Part shown: piece after piece, positions 54,201 through 64,000 of the stretch
Layout: each line of letters starts with the position of its first letter
How positions within the stretch are numbered: position 1 is the stretch's first letter
Origin: the human T2T-CHM13v2.0 reference genome, Homo sapiens
Length of the DNA: 64,000 bases
Assembly (NCBI RefSeq): GCF_009914755.1
Contig: NC_060928.1
Strand: one strand, 5' to 3'
Position numbers and translations under genes: made by a program
Notes under the pieces: generated by a model
Databases searched by the model: none
Seen by the model: only the letters and a program-made list of their open reading frames with translations
What the model was told of the DNA's origin: nothing

Positions 54201-55644
54201 ACATGTGTGTTGCCCTTGGTGAGAACATGATCACTGTGCTTGTGCATAGATGCCTTTACTTTACCCTGTATTCACTTCCCATGACCTTTCTCTCCGCCTC
54301 TTTTCTCTGTGTCTCCATGCCAAATGAAAAACAATATTTTCCTTCATTGGAGGGAACAAGTAAGAGTCTTAGGATTTCCAAGGGAATCCTAGCATTGTAA
54401 AGGTTTTGAGGAAAGAGGCTGCAGGCCCGGCCAGAGGAAGAAAATCCACTTTGTTTGGAGTGGAGTTCTGCCGCACTCATGTCAGATGACTTTCACATTT
54501 TAAAGAGATTTCTTTATAACACTAAGACATTCTTTCTAAAAATTCAAGTGGACTTGACTAAGCTGAGGGTTCAGAAAATGGAATATGAGACATGGGCTTT
54601 TTGTGGAAAACAAAGATTGAGAGGGAACTTCCCCATAGTAAAAGCAAAATGGGAAGTGCAGGGTGAGACCCTTTTACACAGAGTGGTGGAGAGAAAATAG
54701 AATACTGGAAAGATTCGCCTAGATGCAGAGTGGCCTACAGAGAAACCGCAGCCCTGTTTTTATTTCTCTGGAGTCTCCAAATGGATTATTCAAGGAGCAT
54801 CCTGTGTAAAGAATTGAGTCAAGGAAAATATTCATACAACCAGCCTGAGTCAATGAGGCAGTGAGAGGGTGGTACACACGCTGGTGATTATTTCATACCA
54901 GCAATGCTTATTTCACTGAGGATATTTGAACCTTCAAATCCTCTTCTCTAACAGCCATTTGTGACCCCAAGAGTTGTGTGGAACATTTTCTTTTAAAACA
55001 CCCTCCCTACATTTCCCATATACTCAGTTTAGCTCTCAGAGAAGGAGCTAAATTATAAAGACAGTGAAGAGTCATCTGAAGTAGTTCTTGGATGTAAAGA
55101 AGAAGAGGGTGACTTCAGCAGGCTTTGTATCAAAATCAGGCTGAAGGCTTGTTATGGGTCTTTGTACCTCTTCTCTCTCCCTCCAGCTGCTGCCTGCCTC
55201 CTGCCTCTGTCCCTCAGGGCTTGCTGACTCTGCCTTAGTCCTGGGGCTGGCTATTCAGTGGGCTCCTCACTTCTGGCAGTGTAATAGCAACAGAATGTGA
55301 TTCTTGGGGTACCCCTTGGGGAGCTGAAGGTGGCTGTATTGATGGATCTATTTTGGGACGCAGGAGAAAAGATGCACAGCCCCATCTTCATGCACAGCCT
55401 CATCTTCCAGGAGCCATGACTCAGAGGAAAAGGGTGCTTGGATTTTGTTATAGCCATTTGCTTTGTGGAAATTAATGTTTACCATTTTGTATAAAAGAGA
55501 GAATATGCATTAGGTCTTCCAACTGTTTATTTTTTAGCTTCCAACTGTATATGTTTATAGATTTTTAAACCAAGATGCTTTATATATATTTTTTTGTGGA
55601 AGTATGATAAGTTTTATGGTGCATGGTTGGTACTGTAAACTTGT

Positions 55645-57075
55645 TTTTCAACTCTATTTTAGATTAAGGGGGTACATATGCAGGTTTGTTTGATGTGCAT
55701 ATTGTGTGATGTTGCTGTTTTGGGTATGAGTGATCTTGTCACCCAGGTACTGAACATAGTACTCAACAGTTTTTCAACACTTGCTTCCCCTCCTTCCTAC
55801 ATCTACTAGTTCCCAGTGTCTATTGTTGCCATATTTATGTTCATGAGTACCCAACGTTTAGCTCCCACTTATATCTGAGAAAATTCAGTATTTGATTTTC
55901 TGTTTCTGAATAAATTTGTTTAGAATAATGGCCCCCAGCTGCTTCCATGTTGCAGCAAAAAAACCCATAATTTTATTCTTTTTATGGCTGCATAGTATTC
56001 TGCGGTGTATATGTGCCACATTTCTAAAATCCAGCCTACCACTCATAGGTTACTACGTTGATTTCATGTCTTTGCTATTGCACATAGTGCTGCAATAAAC
56101 AAGTGAGTGCATGTGTCTTTTTGGTAGAATAATTTTTTAAAGATAAATACCCAGTAATGGGATTGCAGGGTAAAATTGTAGTTCTAAGTTCTTTGAGAAA
56201 TCTCCAAACTGCTTTCCACAGTGGCTGAACTGATTTACATTCCTACCAGGAGTGTATAAGTTTTCTGTTTTTCCCACAGTTTCACCAACATATGTCTTTT
56301 GTTGACTTTTTAACAATATCCATTCTGACTGGTGTGAGATGATATCTCACTGTGGTTTTGATTTGCATTGCTCTGATGATTAGTGATGTGGAGCATATTT
56401 TCACATTTGTTGGTGCTTGTAAGTTCTCTTTGGATAAATATCTGTTCATGTTTTTGCACATTTTAAAATAGGTTTATTTGTTTTCTGCTTGTTTAATTGT
56501 TTATATTTCTTACAGATTCCAGAAATTAGACCTTCATCAGATCCATAGCTTGCAAATATTTTCTTTCATTCTATAGATTTTCTGTTTACTCTGTTGATAG
56601 TTTCTTTTGCTAAGCAGAAGCTTTTCAGTTTAATTAAGTCCCACTTGTTAATGTTTGTTTTTCCAGAAATTGCTTTTGGAGACTTAGCCAAAAATTCTTT
56701 CCCAAGGCTAATGTCAAGAAATATATTTCCTAGGTGGCATTGTAGCATTCTTATAGTTTGAGGTCTTAAATTTAAATCCTTAATTGATCCTGTGTTAATT
56801 TTTGTATACGGCCAAAGGTATAGGTCTGGTTTTACTCTTCTGCATATGAGTAGCTGGTTATCCCAGCACCATTTATTGAATAGAGAGTGCTTTCTCCATT
56901 GCTTATTTCGCCAGCTTAGTTAAAAATTAGATGGCTGTAGGTGTGCAGGTTTATTTCTGAGTGTTGTATTCTGTTCTATTGGTCTGTGTGTCTGTTTTTG
57001 TACCAGTACCATGCTATTTTGGTCACTATAGCCTTATAGTATATTGGAAGGTAGACAGAGTGATGTTTCTTGCTT
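55645..57075 (-). mobile_element. L1PA (older subfamily) 3' fragment
   Basis: L1 3' UTR plus the peptide [23 protein letters not shown]. Confidence 0.85.
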
Positions 57076-57194
57076 TCAGGCAAAGTAGATCCTGAGTCCC
57101 AGCCAACTGCTTAGTAGCTTTGGGGCAGTTATATAAACCTCATCTGCAAGAAAAGGCATAATAAAATTGATTGCATAAATGACAAATTTTTTTT

Positions 57195-57955
<761 letters not shown>

Positions 57956-58093
57956 TATATACCCATTAAATACAGGATGCCAGGACAGATTGATTACAAA
58001 TAACCTGCAAACGCTCGGCACCCTGTAAGTATTGATTTTATTTTCCCTTTATTTAATAGATTTGTTGTAAGATGGTATTCAGTTATTCAGAAG

Positions 58094-58681
58094 TGAGGTA
58101 GGAGAATAGGGTGTAGAGGCAGGGAACTTAAGGCCAATTTGTGCTGACTTCCTAAAAGAAAAAACACCAAGATCTGGGGGCAGGGAACCTAAGACCAGTT
58201 AAGGCCAACTTCCAACAGCTAAACCGAAAGAAAAAGAACCCGTCCCCCCACACCAGAGTGGCAAAGGATCAAAGGCTACTCTCCCTACAACCCACCCCGT
58301 TCCACCACTCCTCAGACGGAAAGGGAGAGTGCCTTGGAGTGGCCACAGGCTAAGCACACGCCATCCCTTCATCTGCATAGGATGTCAATTCCTGTCAGTT
58401 TTTAATTAGCCACAGACCAAATCCTTCATCCAGATAAGGGGCAGCCAATAGGGACCCCAAAAGCTGTACTTAAAACCCAGAAAACTTTGTAACCAGGTCC
58501 TTGAGCCATTTGCTCGAGCCCACGCCCACCCTGTGGAGTGCCTTCTCACTTTAATAAATTTCTACTTTTGCTGCTTCTTCCGGTGTTTTGTTCCTCTGTT
58601 ACTTTCTGCGTTTTGTTCAATTCTTTGTTCAAAATGCCAAGGATCTGGACAACTCACACTTACGGCCTTCCTTCTGGAACA
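58094..58681 (+). mobile_element. MER51-like ERV1 solo LTR
   Basis: Starts tgaggtaggagaatagggtgtagaggcagggaac; 4-bp TSD gaag (58090-58093, 58682-58685). Confidence 0.82.
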
Positions 58682-58945
58682 GAAGTGCAGGTAGATGTGG
58701 ATGCAAGTGATCGGTGCTTAAACTCACAGCATGCCCCACGCCACAGGAGAAAAACACACAGTTACAGCCTGACAATTAGGTCCAAAGATAAATAAGAAAC
58801 AAGAAGTTTGCCTTTAATCCATTCCCTCTACATCTAAACTTTGGAGGTCAAGGCTGCGAAGATATCTGAAGACATTGTGTTCTCTCCTACTGGAGCCCCA
58901 TCATTCTTTGTTTATTGTCTGATATTTAAAAGGAAAACAAACCTC

Positions 58946-59873
<928 letters not shown>

Positions 59874-60074
59874 TCTCTACAAAACAGCAACTGGGAGACC
59901 GTGGTCTTCACGTGGACACTCTCAGCTTGCAGCCCCTGCTCTCTCTAGGGGTTCTGTCCCACCCACCCTTGATCCTGAGGAGAAAAGTTGGTAGAGAGGC
60001 TGTTCCCTCACTTCCAGCAGAAAAGACGTGTTCAGGCCCTCAATTCCCTGAGGTCAGAACCCTCATGTCTGCAC

Positions 60075-61180
60075 TCAATGTGGCAGCCACCTGCCATATG
60101 TAGCTACTGGGTACCTGGAATGTGGATGGTTTGAAGTAAAATGTGCTGCAAACAAAAAATGCACAGTGAGTTTAGAATAATTATACCAGAAATATACTTT
60201 ACTTCTTTTTTTTTTTTTTTTTTTTTTGAGACGGAGTCTTGCTCTGTCGCTCAGGTTGGAGTGCAGTGGTGCAATCTCGGCTCACTGCAAGCTCTGCCTC
60301 TCGGGTTCACGCCATTCTCCTGCCTCAGCCTCCTGAGTAGCTGGGACTACAGGTACCCGCCACCACGCCTGGGTAATTTTTTTGTATTTTTAATAGAGAC
60401 GGGCTTTCACCATGTTAGCCAGGATGGTCTCCATCTCCTGACCTCGTGATCCACCCACCTCAGCCTCCCAAAGTGCTGGGATTACAGGCGTGAGCCACAG
60501 CGCCTGGCAAAATATAGGTATTCCTAATTATGTGTCTGGAGTTGGTTCCTTCCGGTGGGTTTGTGGTCTTGCTGACCAAGAATGAAGCCACGGACCTTTG
60601 TGGTGAGTGTTACAGCTTTTAAAGATAGCACGAACCCAAAGAGTGAGCAGTAGCAAGGTTTATTTTGAAGAGGGAAATAACAAAGCTTCCACAGCATCGA
60701 AGGGGACCCCAGTTGGTTGCCACTGCTGGCTGGGGTGGTCAGCTTTTATTCCACCTCCCATTTCCCCTTAATTGTGCCCTCCCGTGTTCCGTTTTTGTCC
60801 TATCACAGTGCCCTTTTTTCAATCCTCCCTGCAATTGGCTACTTTTAGGATCCTGCTGATTGGTGCATTTTACAGAGTGCTGATTGGTGCATTTTACAAT
60901 CCCCTTGCTAGCTACAGAGCACTGATTGGTGCGTTTTTACAGAGTGCTGATTGGTACATTTTACAATCCTCTTGTAAGACAGGAAAGTTCTCCAAGTCCC
61001 CAGTTTACCCAGGAAGTCCAGCTGGCTTCACCTCTCAATTATATATTGATCACATATTAAAACAATAATATTTTGGATATAGTAGGCTAAAATTATCACA
61101 AACAATCTCACTTGTTTTTATTATTTTCGATGTGGCTAATAAAAAATTGAAAATTCACTAATAGCTAACATTTTATTTTT
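60075..61180. mobile_element. MER33-like hAT DNA transposon split by an AluY (60204-60508, minus) and LTR12
   Basis: atgtggcagccac...gtagctactg and tatattgatcacat...aatattttggatat...atgtggcta segments either side of the insertions. Confidence 0.6.
60531..61037 (-). mobile_element. LTR12-family (ERV9, short LTR12F-like) solo LTR
   Basis: Minus strand starts tgagaggtgaagccagctggacttcctggg; tandem ctgattggt repeats; 4-bp TSD atta (60527-60530, 61038-61041). Confidence 0.88.
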
Positions 61181-61296
61181 TAGAGGATTACTTCCTTCTT
61201 AAAATCTCACGTGTCCTACTCAAAAGACCAGAGGCCAGAAAGGTTATAAAACATTAAAATAATTGTCATTATATTGTTTCCGTTTGTGAACAAGTT

Positions 61297-61360
61297 TGTG
61301 TATGCACGCGTGCATGTGTACGTGTGTGTGCATGTGCGTGCATGCATGCGTGTGTGTATA
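61297..61360. repeat. 64-bp perfect purine/pyrimidine alternation
   Basis: tgtgtatgcacgcgtgcatgtgtacgtgtgtgtgcatgtgcgtgcatgcatgcgtgtgtgtata. Confidence 0.9.
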
Positions 61361-61458
61361 ATTTATATTATAAATGGACCTAACCTTACATACCACAAGG
61401 TTAAAAAAATGACCACTGGGCTGTACCAAGCCAAGCACAGAGATAACACCCCAGCCTG

Positions 61459-61750
<292 letters not shown>

Positions 61751-61829
61751 CCTGCCTCAAAGTACCAGGAGGCCAGAGCCTGTCACTCTCGCCTCATTCA
61801 GTGCTGTGTATGGTTGCAACTTCTGTCAC

Positions 61830-62720
61830 TCAAGGCCTGAGGCGGGAGACTTACAGCTCTATCCAATTAGAGCGCTGGATTGACAACTGCCGAATGAGGC
61901 GCGCAGCAGAGAGGAGGGTGCGGCATCCGGGATCTGGCGCGGCTTTTGCTTGTAGCTCCAGCCAGAGCTCGGTTAGGGCCTCATCGCTCTGCTCCCGCTC
62001 CTTAGGGAAGCCTCGGTGATTCTGCCACAGCCTCAGCCTCTGTGGCTCTGTGACCTGCCGGTATTGGATGATTCGTATCTAAGACTCTGGGACACTCCTG
62101 AAGTCGGGAAATGGTGAGTGTGCAGGGCAGGGCGTCCCAAGGCTGTGGAGGCCTCATCGGAACCGGCGGGAAATGGCGGCGGTGGGAGGAGTCTGTGAAT
62201 GGAGTTCCCGCTCAGCCCTCTGTCCTCAGTCCCCTCCGGTGAGGGACCCGCGCTCTTGTCAGTCCCCGTACAGCGGCTCTGGCCCAGCCTGCAGCCCTCC
62301 TTGTGCAGCTCTGCGCCGGTAGCCCTGCACTTTCCCCGGGCTGTGGAGTGAGTAGGAGCTCATCCGGAAGACACCGCGGCGGCCTGCGCGGTGCCGGCGT
62401 GGGAGGAGCTGTGGTCCGGAATCCCGTCCCTACTTTACCCTGTTCAGAATGAGATTGAGGCCCCATCAAAACATGGAGTTCATGTGAGCAAACAGGACTT
62501 ATTAATGGGAAAGCTCTGCCGTGGCTCGTGGTTTGGGGACTGCCAGCGGGTCTTGAAGGAAAGGCTTTTGTGAGGTGTGTGAGGAAGCGAAGCAAATCAC
62601 CTGCCTGCGCCAACTTTGCCGCCAGTCCCCTTGCCCTGTGCGCCTCCTCCGCGTGGCTGTTCCTGAATACGCTGGTGTCTGTTCGCATCTTTTAGAATAC
62701 GCTGGTGTCGGTGCGCACAG
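61830..62720 (+). promoter_or_regulatory. ZNF718: CpG-island promoter of the next KRAB-ZNF gene
   Basis: CpG-dense; CCAAT box at ~61863; TSS-type motif tccgggatctggcgcggcttttg (~61926) of the kind seen at ZNF91/ZNF141-subfamily genes. Confidence 0.8.
61930..62113 (+). CDS. ZNF718: First exon: 5' UTR plus start codon only (ATG 62111-62113), then splice donor
   Basis: gggaaATG|GTGAGT, with the ATG abutting a consensus donor at 62114. This is the standard exon-1 layout of this subfamily. The symbol is inferred from its position downstream of ZNF595; the exon start is approximate. Confidence 0.75.
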
Positions 62721-62990
62721 CGCTTCTCTTAGTTCTGTGAGTAGTTCTGCCACATTATTGAACTTGAGGAGGGTGTGGGCGTCCCTGGTTTGTAGGCAGG
62801 GGTTCAGAAATGAAGACGGGTGTCCAGAGGCAGGGACTGGCGTCTGCAGGAGAGCAGCTGCGGGAAGAGTGCTGAGCTTGTGGGGTCAGCGCTGACTCTG
62901 GGTGGTGTCGTTAGTGAGTTGCTGGACACCCCGTTGGGGTTGGAGCATTGACTGGTGTTGAGGAAACTCCGCAAGTTTTCTGTCAGAAGA
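62640..62990 (+). mobile_element. MER21-like LTR fragment in intron 1, GC-enriched
   Basis: agttctgtgagtagttctg...aacttgagg...tggacaccccgttgg, colinear with 11050-11445. Confidence 0.55.
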
Positions 62991-64000
62991 AAGACATGGC
63001 CGAGTCTGGGTTGGAGGAAGTCACCTGGTGTCCGCAGGAGGCGCGGCCAGGTTCTGCACAGGCGCTGTCCCGCTGGGCACTGTCCTCTTCCTCCAGGCCT
63101 CCTCCCGGGGAGAAAGGGGACTGGGAACTTAGAGGAAAGCAGTTCTAAGAAACATCCCTTCCCCGCATCCTGCTGCCAGCCCCCACCCAATGCTAACCCA
63201 CTCCTGAGCACGCCCACTGGGCATTCGCACGGCCACACCTGGCCTAAGACAGGGTTCTACCCTCAGGAATTGTGCCCATGGCAGTTTTGCTCCTACAGTT
63301 TTCTGCCAAAAGCACACGCAGTGCCCAGAAGACTCCTGGCTCATCTCAACCCCAGATCTGTTTAGCAGGAGCCCGTTTCCTTCTCCAACCCAGGCTTCTG
63401 GACCACCTGATCTTAATCTCCTATGCCTTTATGGACTCAGGAATCAGTCAGTGCGTAGCCCTGCCTGGGCCTGTACCTGTAGCACAAACCAGTCCTTTCA
63501 TCAGTTGTGCCCTGCCCCCACCCCATGGCTCTTGATAGCTCCTTGTTGTCTTGTGCTTTTTCCTTCCCCACAAATCCTCTTTTCTGTGCATACAGTGTGC
63601 CCAAGTTCATCCCTTACGTGCCTACAAGAATTCAGACGTTAGGGAATTCAAGACCATGCCTTAGACCTGGCTGTTGTAGGAGCAAATACAAATTAGAAGA
63701 GGCTTAATGATTTCTCTTTAGAGTGAGGGAAGAATTTTTGCTCTTCTCCCTTTTCTTAAAGCATTTAGGTGGAAAATTTTTATAATTATTTTCACCAGTT
63801 TTTGAAATATATGTAAATCATTTTTATCAGTTAAATAGGTCATTTGTCTTTTTTGACTCAGACTTGTCTTTATCTAGGACTTGGGAACTACTGCTTTGAA
63901 ATGTGAATAGCAAGAATATATCCCACAGTTTCTGTAGGAGGGTGGGAGGCTGCCTTCAGCAGGTACCTGGCTCCACATTGTGGGTCTACGTCCTGTCATG

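Overview
Human (primate) genomic DNA, most likely the subtelomeric 4p16.3 KRAB zinc-finger cluster. Gene and repeat-family names are from recall, not from a database search. Positions 1-23159 are the repeat-dense last intron of ZNF595. Its terminal exon (18 C2H2 fingers) has a CDS at 23160-24880 followed by the 3' UTR. The intergenic region holds a two-LTR THE1 element and a two-LTR MER61-type ERV. A MIR/L2-bearing block (~39.6-50.6 kb) follows, containing a decayed unspliced copy of BSND (barttin) exon 1 and a full-length WEE1 processed pseudogene that still carries a CpG island. A stack of solo LTRs precedes the CpG-island promoter and ATG-only first exon of the next KRAB-ZNF gene (ZNF718, ~61.9-62.1 kb). 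There are no RNA genes, CRISPR arrays or convincing novel protein ORFs, and I found no new multi-gene system. The best leads are the hidden BSND duplicon, the GC/CpG-gaining island around the WEE1 retrocopy, an ~830 bp inversion that splits an Alu, and a circRNA/read-through-compatible layout around the zinc-finger exon.
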